The notes below the pieces were generated by a model. It was not told where the DNA came from, searched no databases, and worked only from the letters and a program-made list of their open reading frames with translations. Position numbers and translations under genes: made by a program. This document shows positions 39,904-50,627 of a stretch of DNA of 64,000 nucleotides, piece by piece (the stretch's first letter is position 1; each line of letters starts with the position of its first letter). The stretch is from positions 89,714,001-89,778,000 of the forward strand of contig NC_043006.1 of assembly GCF_006345805.1 (NCBI RefSeq), written 5' to 3'. The stretch comes from Octopus sinensis (lineage: Eukaryota).

Positions 39904-40105
39904 GTTAATCCAAGCATGAAAACACGAAGAGAAAACACAACAAAACGAGGACGTAGAACAAGTGTAGAGTTATTGGCTGCTTAGGAAGAAAAGAAAGAAG
40001 GAGAATTTAATGTTTCGAGCGGAGCTCTTCATCAGAAACATGGAAAAAGGAAAGATCCAAGGAAGGGAAGACGGAGGAAAAAATCACCAATGATACACAC
40101 GCGGT

Positions 40106-40140
<35 letters not shown>

Positions 40141-40147
40141 GTGTGTA

Positions 40148-40208
<61 letters not shown>

Positions 40209-40446
40209 ATGTATATATTATATATATATATATATATTTATATAGTTAATCCAAGCATGAAAACACGAAGAGAAAACACAACAAAACGAGGACGTAGAAC
40301 AAGTGTAGAGTTATTGGCTGCTTAGGAAGAAAAGAAAGAAGGAGAATTTAATGTTTCGAGCGGAGCTCTTCATCAGAAACATGGAAAAAGGAAAGATCCA
40401 AGGAAGGGAAGACGGAGGAAAAAATCACCAATGATACACACGCGGT

Positions 40447-40479
<33 letters not shown>

Positions 40480-40486
40480 GTGTGTA

Positions 40487-40547
<61 letters not shown>

Positions 40548-40550
40548 ATG

Positions 40551-40585
<35 letters not shown>

Positions 40586-40588
40586 ATG

Positions 40589-40640
<52 letters not shown>
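39896..40640 (-). repeat. Head-to-tail 341-bp tandem repeat, one minimal hammerhead per unit (pLTR/retrozyme-like)
   Basis: 39896-40109 and 40237-40450 appear identical by eye. Minus strand UUU-CUGAUGA-AGAGC UCC GCUC-GAAACAUU-AAA at 40006-40038 and 40347-40379. Confidence 0.8.
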
Positions 40641-40642
<2 letters not shown>

Positions 40643-40700
40643 AAATATTATTGGTGAATTGAAGAAATGGAGCTGAACGAAGATTGAACAGAAATCGTTT

Positions 40701-40793
40701 TATTTCATTCTACACGTGTTTCGAAAGGCACAATTTACCAAAATCCGATTGAATAATGAGACCATATTGTGTCTTTCTCTTCAGGAAGAAATA
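40701..40793 (-). ncRNA. Type I hammerhead ribozyme (left-arm copy)
   Basis: Mirror of 43466-43558. Confidence 0.8.
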
Positions 40794-41393
40794 GGAAATC
40801 CGTTGGAAAAAACAAAAACAGAACAGAGGCGGAGCAAAACAAATCGAACTAGGCTCCTAAGAGCCCATGGCAAAACTGTTTATCAGTGTATGTTGAGAAC
40901 CGGTGGCTGAAGATATTAACGGGTCAGGCAGCGGTCAATCATGTGGGTGAGAGTGTGTAGATGTTCTTTGTGACCGAGAATAAAGTTCTGACTATTTAAG
41001 GAATATTGGATGTTTTATAAGGGGCGAGAAAAAATCTACTTAGAGACATGTGTGTGTATACTGTTCTATATACGTGTGTGCTGGCGTAGGGGTAGAAAAC
41101 ATTTTTTGTGTACGTGTGTGCGTTTGATCGCTCGGCTGTCAGTGGTTCAGCCGCTCTCCACAATGGCTACTGCAGTAAGAACCGTTGGGTGGCAGAAAAA
41201 ATATATATTATGTTTTATGTGTGTGTGTGTTTGTCTGAGCCTGCCTTGTCAAGGTAACCCCCCGTTGTCAAAAAACCAAGCCCCGTTTATCTTACAGGAG
41301 TAATTCCCCTTGCAGTGGTTAATTGTAAATATCTTAAAGGCTATTTCAGAATTTGTTACCAAGGGCTATGGGTGCCGGTATTATTTATAAACG

Positions 41394-42145
41394 CTATTTA
41401 AAAGCCAGATAAGTGTAACGCCGCCAATGGGGGCATCGAAAAGCTGACTGTAAAAGTCCGTTTACCATCCGGCCTCTGGCAAACAAAATATGGAAGAGTT
41501 CGGAGACACAAAGGTTGCACTGCCTTCTGCCCCTATCAAATGGGAGGGCCACCGACAAAATTGACCATTCCAGCCTGTAGCTTGAGTTCGTATCCTTCAG
41601 TCGCCATATTAGCTTGCTGAGTCCCGTGGTCTGGCGCTTGTTCATGTCCCGAAAAGTTGCGTAATGGTTCGAGACTCACAAAGCCAATCTTGACGATGAG
41701 GCCCCTACATAAGTGAAGACATCTGAGTCCGTGTAAACCTTGCATTGGTAGACGGCGTTTTTGATCTTGGAGTTCGCCGACGTGAATCTTATTCTGCTAG
41801 GATTAGTTTCTGAAATTAGAACTGCGTTCCTGTCACTATATTCGTTCCGAGAACTGCAGCCGCTTACTACTCTATTTTCCACTACGTCACTATTAACTAT
41901 AGGAATAACCCCTGATTCTCCACTATCTATCAGAGTGCTGTCATTGCTAGTGCCTGTGGTGCTGCTATTGCGGGAAATGATGCTAGGGATGCTATTGGGG
42001 CTCTCTACCCTACTCCCATTATTACCGTCAACCACAACACCCCTATTTATAACTATATCCCTAGTGGGTACTCCCTGGCTGGAGCTGAGATTATGTGTCA
42101 CCGTACTGGCTCTCATATCATTATTACTACTATAATTATTCCTAC
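41394..42145 (-). pseudogene. Ser/Asn-rich region + GIY-YIG endonuclease, left arm, one internal TGA (41676-41678)
   Basis: Track ORFs 41676-42116 and 41394-41645 are in the same frame: NAVYQCKV...YVG...*VSNH...LSKLIW.LKD...EWSIL...CNLC..E...CPH. Confidence 0.85.
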
Positions 42146-42146
42146 T

Positions 42147-42865
42147 GTAGGAATAATTATAGTAGTAATAATGATATGAGTAGTAATAATGATACTAGGG
42201 GTATAGTTATAAATAGGGGTGTTGTGGTTGACGGTAACAATGGGAGTAGGGTAGAGAGCCCCAATAGCATCCCCAGCATCATTTCCCGCAATAGCAGCAC
42301 CACGGGCACTAGCAATGACAGCACTCTGATAGATAGTGGAGAATCAGGGGTTATTCCTATAGTTAATAGTGACGTAGTGGAAAATAGAGTAGTAAGCGGC
42401 TGCAGTTCTCGAAACGAATATAGTGACAGGAACGCAGTTCTAATTTCAGAAACTAATCCTAGCAGAATAAGATTCACGTCGGCGAACTCCAAGATCAAAA
42501 ACGCCGTCTACCAATGCAAGGTTTACACGGACTCAGATGTCTTCACTTATGTAGGGGCCTCATCGTCAAGATTGGCTTTGTGAGTCTCGAACCATTACGC
42601 AACTTTTCGGGACATGAACAAGCGCCAGACCACGGGACTCAGCAAGCTAATATGGCGACTGAAGGATACGAACTCAAGCTACAGGCTGGAATGGTCAATT
42701 TTGTCGGTGGCCCTCCCATTTGGTAGGGGCAGAAGGCAGTGCAACCTTTGTGTCTCCGAACTCTTCCATATTTTGTTTGCCAGAGGCCGGATGGTAAACG
42801 GACTTTTACAGTCGGCTTTTCGATGCCCCCATTGGCGGCGTTACACTTATCTGGCTTTTAAATAG
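42147..42865 (+). pseudogene. Ser/Asn-rich region + GIY-YIG endonuclease, right arm, one internal TGA (42581-42583)
   Basis: Track ORFs 42095-42583 and 42614-42865 are in the same frame. The TGA occupies the conserved Arg of the RxxNH motif. Confidence 0.85.
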
Positions 42866-43465
42866 CGTTTATAAATAATACCGGCACCCATAGCACTTGG
42901 TAACAAATTCTGAAATAGCCTTTAAGATATTTACAATTAACCACTGCAAGGGGAATTACTCCTGTAAGATAAACGGGGCTTGGTTTTTTGACAACGGGGG
43001 GTTACCTTGACAAGGCAGGCTCAGACGAACACACACACACATAAAACATAATATATATTTTTTCTGCCACCCAACGGTTCTTACTGCAGTAGCCATTGTG
43101 GAGAGCGGCTGAACCACTGACAGCCGAGCGATCAAACGTACACACGTACACAAAAAATGTTTTCTACCCCTACGCCAGCACACACATATATAGAACAGTA
43201 TACACACACATGTCTCTAAGTAGATTTTTTCTCGCCCCTTATAAAACATCCAATATTCCTTAAATAGTCAGAACTTTATTCTCGGTCACAAAGAACATCT
43301 ACACACCCTCACCCACATGATTGACCGCTGCCTGACCCGTTAAAATCTTCAGCCACCGGTTCTCAACATACACTGATAAACAGTTTTGCCATGGGCTCTT
43401 AGGAGCCTAGTTCGATTTGTTTTGCTCCGCCTCTGTTCTGTTTTTGTTTTTTCCAACGGATTTCC

Positions 43466-43558
43466 TATTTCTTCCTGAAGAGAAAGACACAATATGGTCT
43501 CATTATTCAATCGGATTTTGGTAAATTGTGCCTTTCGAAACACGTGTAGAATGAAATA
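43466..43558 (+). ncRNA. Canonical type I hammerhead ribozyme with long stem II
   Basis: Stem I UAUUUC-UUC / GAA-U-GAAAUA; core CUGAAGA (43475-43481); stem II GAAAGACACAAU / AUUGUGCCUUUC; GAAA (43537-43540); stem III ACACGUGU; cleavage after GUA (43548). Confidence 0.85.
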
Positions 43559-43765
43559 AAACGATTTCTGTTCAATCTTCGTTCAGCTCCATTTCTTCAA
43601 TTCACCAATAATATTTTAATTTCAATTATCCGCACCAATGCACGGTTGCAACACCATATGGTTGTACCTCCAACCGTGCTGTTTTTCTGCTGTGATTTTT
43701 GCTACCAAGGTATCGGTTAAACTTTTGATTAATCTGCTACAAGATTATTCATCTTTCTATTTCAC

Positions 43766-43802
<37 letters not shown>

Positions 43803-43807
43803 GTATA

Positions 43808-43838
<31 letters not shown>

Positions 43839-43849
43839 GTATATGTATA

Positions 43850-43891
<42 letters not shown>

Positions 43892-43892
<1 letters not shown>

Positions 43893-44272
43893 CTCTCTAT
43901 ATATAAACGGCAGTTTGTCTGTGCGTGTTTCTGTGTGTCTGTTTGCTTGTACCCTCACCCTGACCACGGCTTTCTGATGAAACTTGATTCTGATGAAACT
44001 TGACACACACATAGCCCAATGTCATAATTCAAAACTAACGCAGCCAAAATTTTGAAAAGTTCCCCCAGTTCTGAAAAAAATCGATAAATTCAACATGGGG
44101 TCGAGAATCAGAAACACGAACCACAAACTGTCTAGGGGACGCAACTCCATCCGTTTTTAACTCTCAAAAAAAAATTTACCATATCTTTTTCCATTTTTTG
44201 GCTATAACTCTCTAAAAATGCTTTATAGTTATTTCCCTTACAAACCTGAGCAACGCCGGGCGATACTGCTAG
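43892..44272 (+). mobile_element. Non-autonomous Helitron
   Basis: A|TCTCTCTATATATAAAC...CCTGAGCAACGCCGGG-CGATACTG-CTAG|T, the same terminal pattern as 26932-27990. Confidence 0.75.
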
Positions 44273-44310
<38 letters not shown>

Positions 44311-45011
44311 GGAGGTGAAGTCAAAAACTATCCGCACTTTTGCTGTAACATATCTTTATTATTGTCCCACTGCCTTCTGTGCTGCATGCTTATAGTTGGT
44401 ACTATTGTGCTCATGTGATGGAAGTTTGAGCCTGATCGCACAATTTTTCTTTCTGGCTTTGCAGTGTAAGCATGACTGCTGCACTAGCAACGTGCACCGA
44501 AGAAGAACAAAGAGCAGTATAGGCATGGCTGCTCCACTAAACAAAGAGCAGTGATCCAAGAGATGGTAATGGTGAGCTGGTTCACCATTACCATCTCTCG
44601 AGCTTTCTGAATCTTCTTGTCACAGGTAAAGGTTGATGGGCATCTGACTTCCTCTTTGTGAGTCATGCTTATCCAGTCACTTTTAAACTTCTCGATCCAC
44701 TCACACACACTTCTACATGGTAGAACAATGTCCTCATTTTGTGCTAAAAGCCTCCGATGAATTCCAGCACCTGACACACCTTTCAATCAGAGGAATCGGA
44801 TCATTGCTCTTTGTTCTTCTTTGCTGCACGTTGTTAGTGGAGCAGTCATGCTTACGCTGCAAAGCCAAAAAGAACAATGGTGTGACCAGACTCAAACGTT
44901 GATCACGTGACCACAATAGTACCAACTTTAAGCACACATGAGCAGAAGGCAGTGGGACAATAGTAAAGATATGTTATGGAAAAAGTGCGGATAATTTTTG
45001 ACTTCACCTCC
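44311..45011. mobile_element. Mariner derivative built from two inverted left ends
   Basis: TA|GGAGGTGAAGTCAAAAA at both ends. The ~200-bp arms both include the start codon (44472 +, 44849 -). The minus strand encodes the mariner N-terminus EEQRAMIRFL..KGVSGAGIHRRL...CEWIEKFK...RCPST. Confidence 0.8.
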
Positions 45012-45044
<33 letters not shown>

Positions 45045-45375
45045 GATGATGATATATATATATATATATATGATGGGTTTCTTTCAATTTCCACCTACCA
45101 AATTTATTCACAAGGCTGGTGAAATGTCAGTATTTGTTCGAGCTCTTTATGTTGTGAGTTCAAATCTTACCAAGGCAACTTTGCTTTTCATTCTCTTGTA
45201 GGTTACAACAAAATACAAATACTGGGGTGAATTAAATCAACGATTCTCTTCCTGTGTGACTAAGAAATGGTTTTGAGCTTAGTTTTATTGCATGGCACCT
45301 TGGGAAAATGTCTTTTTCTATAGCCCTGGATTGACTAAAGCTTTGCAAGTGGACCTGGTTAAAGAAAACTGAAAG

Positions 45376-45600
45376 AACCCCATCATCCTCATCATCTCTT
45401 AACGTCCGTTTTCCATGCTGGCATGGGTTGGACAGTTTAACTGGAGCTGGCAAGCTGGAGAGCTGCACCAGGTTCCAGTCTGATTTGGCTTCATGTGTAT
45501 GGCTGGATGCCCTTCCGAATGCCAACCACTTTACAGTGTGTGCTGGGTGCTTTTAATGTGCCACCAGCACAAGTGGCTTTTGCATGGCACTGGCCCAGGA
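45376..45600 (-). mobile_element. Element with RTE-type 3' tail
   Basis: Reverse complement of the shared tail. Confidence 0.65.
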
Positions 45601-45724
45601 CACTTGCAGGCCAATCCTCTTCAATAGGGGATGCAACCTTAACACTTTTGCTGTGGAGAATAGGTTTTCTTGTGTCAGATATCTTGACCCTTTATCATCT
45701 CATCCAAGAAGTTCAGCATTCTGA

Positions 45725-45960
45725 GATTGTCCTTCAGTAGTTTGTCCCATGTCTACCTGGATCTCTCATTTCCACAAGTTTCATCCTCTTTAAGTTGTTG
45801 GCAACCATCAGCATCGCATGACCAAACCAGTGCAGTCTTCTCTCTTGTATTCTGCATCTAGTTCTTCTTATGACTAACTTCTCTCTCAATACACTAACAC
45901 TGTCACACATGTACACTTGCATTACACATCCAGCAGAGCATACTAGCTTCATTCCTCTCT
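45725..45960 (-). mobile_element. 3' fragment of RTE-like LINE
   Basis: LREKLVIRRTRCRIQERRLHWFGH, collinear with ~31050-31300. Confidence 0.65.
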
Positions 45961-46065
45961 AAGCTTTACATGTCCTCTGCACACACACACACACTGACGC
46001 ACGCACATATATATATATACATATATACCTACATATATATATACATACATACATATATATATATA

Positions 46066-46262
46066 TATCATCATCATCGTCGTTTAACGTCCGTTCTCCA
46101 TGCTAGCATGGGTTGGACGGTTCGACCGGGGATCTGGGAAGCCAGAAGGCTGCACCAGGCTCCGGTCTTATCTGGCAATGTTTCTACAGCTGGATGCCCT
46201 TCCTAACGCCAACCACTCCGTGAGTGTAGTGGGTGCTTTTTACGTGCCACCTGCACTGGTGC
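46066..46262 (-). mobile_element. Element with RTE-type 3' tail (young copy)
   Basis: Reverse complement of ...AAAAAGCACCCACTACACTCACGGAGTGGTTGGCGTTAGGAAGGGCATCC...GGACGTTAAAC(GAT)n. Confidence 0.75.
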
Positions 46263-46575
46263 CAGGCGAGGGAAGAAGGGAAAGAAGGGAAGATGAGGGA
46301 AAGAGAGTAGGGGCGAAAAGGTGAAGGACTGAAGAGAAGTAGGAGTCGGGGAGGAGGTTAGATGAGAAGGGGGGGAGTTGAGCCCAAATGGCGTAAAAGA
46401 GCGAAGAGGGAAGATTAATCCCTGTTCACGGCGCAAGCGGGAATCCGGATGGCCTCTGTGCAAGGACAATCCGAACAAGACAGGTGTTGCAAGGAGTGAC
46501 CGGTGGAGCGGAAATGGCATGAGACTGGAATGTCACATATATATATACATACATATATATGTATGTATGTATGTA

Positions 46576-46615
<40 letters not shown>

Positions 46616-48168
46616 TGTGTGTGTGTGTGTGCTTTGTGTCTCCTTGTCTTGACATCACATGATTGTTGTAAATGAGTGTCACTGTCACGCAAGCAGTGTC
46701 ATTCAGTTCCAATCTTCTGAGAAACTACGTCTGGGCATGGGGAGGAATATTACTTTGCTTAGACAGGGAAAGGCATCCTGCTATACAAAATGTACATCAA
46801 TCAATTCCATGCAATGCATGAAAGCATGGAAAAGTGAATGTTACAATGCTGATGATGATGATACTGATTATGTGCCTATGTTAGAAGTAATTACAGATGC
46901 TGGTTTGGTAGAATCACAGAACAAAAAAAAAATACCTTGCAACATTCGTTCCAGTTCTTTATGTTCTCAGTTGAAATTCTAACAAAGTCAACCTCGTTTT
47001 TCACCATTTGGGGTTCAATAAAATAGAGTGTTAGTCAAGAAGAGGGGTTGATGAGACCAACCAATCTGCCTTCCCCAAATTTCAGGCTTTGTGCTTATGT
47101 TAGGGACAATTATATAAATACCAGTCATGTACTGGGATCAATTTAGTCAGCTTCAACCTATCTCTACCCCCAGGAATCATAACCACCACCACCACTGTTG
47201 CCATTACCACTACCACCACTGCCTTCAACCACCACCGCCTTCACCATCACCAACATCACCACTAAAGTATTTTTTTACTGCTCTCTCTTCAGAAAGAAAA
47301 ACCATGGCTTTAACTGCTAATCACCTATATTGACTCTTTCATAATAATTATGCCTTTCTGAAGATCCTGAAACTACGATATGCAAGAAATAAATACAACA
47401 ACAAACAAATAAAAATTAAAAGGAAACCATTTTAAATATTTTACCACAAATCTGATTCTATTCAACAAAACTTTTACGTATTAAACAAGCAGCAATTTTC
47501 CAAATTTTTACATTTATTATCAAAATAAGAAGCATTCAGCCCAACAAATTCAGTATATCTACTTTTAAAGTCCCCCCCCCATCCTATTTTCATATTCTTC
47601 ACAGCTATTAAAAAGAAAATAAAAATGAAATTTTTCATGGATTTAAATATTTGTTTGTGTGAATTTAAAAATCAGATATTTCATATTATATTTGCGAACC
47701 TTGCAAATACTGTAATAGATGTAAAAATAAACAAAAAGCAAGTTGTTCTAGAAAATTCCACTAAATTTATATAGCAACAGAATCCTTAGCTTCCTGGTTG
47801 AGGAGAATGCACAATACATTTCTATGTTTATCTATTTTCATATTTATTTATATTAAGACTGTTTATGTGGGTTAATCATCACTGAATAACTTTAAATTAG
47901 CATGAAGCAATTCTTGCACCATCTTGTAACAAGTTTCTTAAAATTTTGCACTCAATTCATAAAAATATGGCCCTTGATAAGAGATTCTTTCATTCTATAC
48001 ATCAGATGTAGCACATATTTTACATACATTTTGAATTCATATTTGCATGTATACACATATATTTATATGAGTATCTGTACATATACAAGTATTATACATA
48101 CATACACACACACACACACACATATATAGTGTGTGTGTATGTTATAGATTATAAAGAAATATATGCAT

Positions 48169-48207
<39 letters not shown>

Positions 48208-48559
48208 CATACATACATACACACGAATATATAAATATACATAAAAATATGCATGTATATATTTATATGTGTGTGTGTATGTAAATATGTATACATAAAT
48301 ATATAATATACATAAATACATAATATACATAAATACATAATTACATATATGTGTATGTGTGTTTGTATATGTAAATATATATACACACATATAAACACAC
48401 ACACACATGGATGAATGGATATTACTTTCTCTTTTAACAGTAATTTATAATTTCATCATGCTGATATTAAAACAAGGAACCGCTGGTCTATAAAGTAGTA
48501 AAACTAGTCTATAAATACTTCACAGTGAGAAGACAAATTATTTTTCTTTGCATATAAAA

Positions 48560-49100
48560 GCCAACATAAATAGCTGACATCTAGTGAGAAATATGATAGA
48601 GGAAATAGGGGAACAAGGGGTGCTCATGCAGAGGAAGAAGGCAAACACTACATTGTGAATAAGTGGAATAGATGTGTCTACATGCAGCAGGGAATAAATT
48701 GCACTTTGCTCTTGGCTTACAGACTCCCATGTGGGAACTGACTCTTGTTGATAAAAAGACACTCTTCCTATTGTTTCCTTTCAACATTATTTTCAGCCAT
48801 TATCTCAACTCAACACCTCCACTTTCATCACCTATTTCACCTCACAACATCAGGCACACCCACTGATCTCAAGATCATTTCATGCAATAGCAGACCTCTA
48901 TCCCTCATCAAAAAGCTTTTATAAAACTGAAAGGGATTAATAATTTCCATGGACCCACTCTATAATTATTTCCATTTTTGTAAAACTCTCTACAGGTGAG
49001 GAATTTAGCCTTAAAGTGATCGGAAAAGTTATCAAAGCCTGTACCAACCTGTGTGTTCACTCCTCTTTATTAGAATTTCTACAGCACAGTAGGTCCCCCA
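48560..49100 (-). mobile_element. Possible ancient LINE RT remnant
   Basis: Only faint resemblance to RT motifs (MGVCKPRAKCNLFPA versus GVRQGCNLSP). Heavily decayed. Confidence 0.25.
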
Positions 49101-50049
49101 CCTCCTTCATTTCTTTGAATGTAATGGCTTACTATATGACCAGCCTGCTCACCTTGATAGTGGATCAACTCTCACCTGAGTTCCTTGTGGCCCATAACAT
49201 CTGGAGGCTGTCCCTTAAATGTTCACACCCACCCTCTTCCCTCTACTGAATCTGCAATGCTCAAGTTTACCATTTCATAGAACTTTGTCCCTGTGTAATT
49301 ACGGCTTGGGGTCTTGTTGCTGCTAACACTCAAGTCTTGGTCACCAAACTTTCCAATAGCTGCAGCTCTATGAATATATAAACCAGTCATAACTGCTAGG
49401 TTTACTATCCCTTCGAACCTATCATCTCTATCCAGCAAGTCCCACCAATTATTTTTTTTGTCACATCTGCTTGTTCCTGAGTTCATTTTCTTCCTTCCGA
49501 CTTTCCATGGGCTACAAATATCTGGCATCTATTTTCTCTGCAGCGTGCTGAGCTTCTTTGTTTCTCTCTCAGTGCAGAGCCAATACTGGTTGTTTTAAAT
49601 AAAACAACATAAAACTTGCCACATTCAGAATCCTCTTCAGTTTCAAAATCACCCTCACCTTCTTCACTCATACAACCACAGCTCCTTCACCATTAAATGA
49701 CCGTAACATTTCATATCTCAATCTTCATATTTTCCCCAGTTATGAACCAAAATGGCTTGTAGTGGAAATAAGTTTCTAAATCTTCCTCTCACATTCTTTT
49801 TTCTTTCAAAAACCCTAATAATCTAGCAAAATATGTTAAAACCACGAGTCTTAAGATACCAAGTCTCTGGGGCCCATGTGCAGATGAAGAAGGAAGGCAC
49901 TGGATTCCATCAGAAGCAGGGAGAAGAAATGTGCATCTACCTATGGTCATGGAGGAATAATGCTTCCTTCTTAAACTCCCACAAACGAAATGATACCTTC
50001 CCATAAAATGGCATTCACCAATGACTCCCTCCCACTATCACGGCTCAGA

Positions 50050-50133
50050 ACTACTACTACTACTACTACTACTTCTTCTTCTTCTTCTACTAATACCACC
50101 ACCACTACTACTACTTCTTCTTCTACTAATACC

Positions 50134-50179
<46 letters not shown>

Positions 50180-50197
50180 GTACTACTACTTCTCCTT

Positions 50198-50246
<49 letters not shown>

Positions 50247-50590
50247 AACTACTACTACTGCCACTCCTTTGGTCACAATGACAGGGGTTCCAGTTGATTC
50301 AATCAACAGAACAACTTGCTTGTGAAATTAATATGCAAGTGGCTGAGTATTCCACAGACACATGGACCCTTAACATAGTTCTCAAGGAGATTTAGCATGG
50401 CACAGAATGTGACATGGCTGGGCCCTTTAAACTACAGGAACAACTTATTTTTGCCTGATGAGTGGACTGGGGCAACGTGAAATAAAGCGTCTTGCCCAAG
50501 GGTACAATGGTACAATGCACAGCTGCAGTTCGAACTCACAACTTAATGACTGTAAACCAAATAACCTAACCACTAAACTATAACGCATGG
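50050..50590 (-). mobile_element. SINE-like repeat with expanded (TAG/TGG)n tail
   Basis: A tRNA-like head near 50510-50580 on the minus strand. The trinucleotide tract 50050-50267 abuts its 3' end. Confidence 0.5.
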
Positions 50591-50591
50591 T

Positions 50592-50627
<36 letters not shown>

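Larger units (their letters stand above)
40641..43618. mobile_element. ~3-kb palindrome of two head-to-head Penelope-like GIY-YIG units
   Basis: 40641-42065 is the reverse complement of 42194-43618 (~12 substitutions by eye). A central perfect 34-bp hairpin spans 42112-42180. Each arm has a GIY-YIG frame and a hammerhead. Confidence 0.93.

Noticed and set aside
42581-42583. In-frame TGA as selenocysteine or read-through (some PLE lineages encode selenoproteins)
   Set aside because: It sits at the conserved catalytic Arg of GIY-YIG and is most simply a CGA-to-TGA CpG transition. No SECIS was recognised.
40900-43360. Arm differences as an imprint of A-to-I editing
   Set aside because: There are too few sites, changes go in both directions, and several are at CpG. 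Ordinary transition bias explains them.
40641-43618. Palindrome as a pure assembly or chimeric-read artefact, or as a viral hairpin-ended genome
   Set aside because: The arms differ at about 12 positions and by an unequal inner segment, which disfavours an artefact (read-level confirmation is still needed). No capsid, Rep or polymerase gene supports a viral origin.
43970-44005. Two CTGATGA motifs in the Helitron
   Set aside because: This is a short local tandem duplication with no stem II, GAAA or stem I arrangement.
49223-49671. Protein-like minus-strand ORFs (MSEEGEGDF..., MPDICSPWK...)
   Set aside because: They lie in different frames and are bounded by stops, with no recognisable domain or splice support. 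They adjoin a probable ancient LINE remnant.
49990-50325. Thr-rich mucin-like ORF (and poly-Val antisense ORF)
   Set aside because: The trinucleotide tract is the expanded tail of an adjacent minus-strand SINE-like repeat. The frame is closed just upstream and no convincing splice signals are present.
50452-50490. CTGATGA...GAAA hit
   Set aside because: It lies in a SINE body with no complementary stem II or stem I, so it is a chance match. The same applies to the hits at ~39283 and ~56746.
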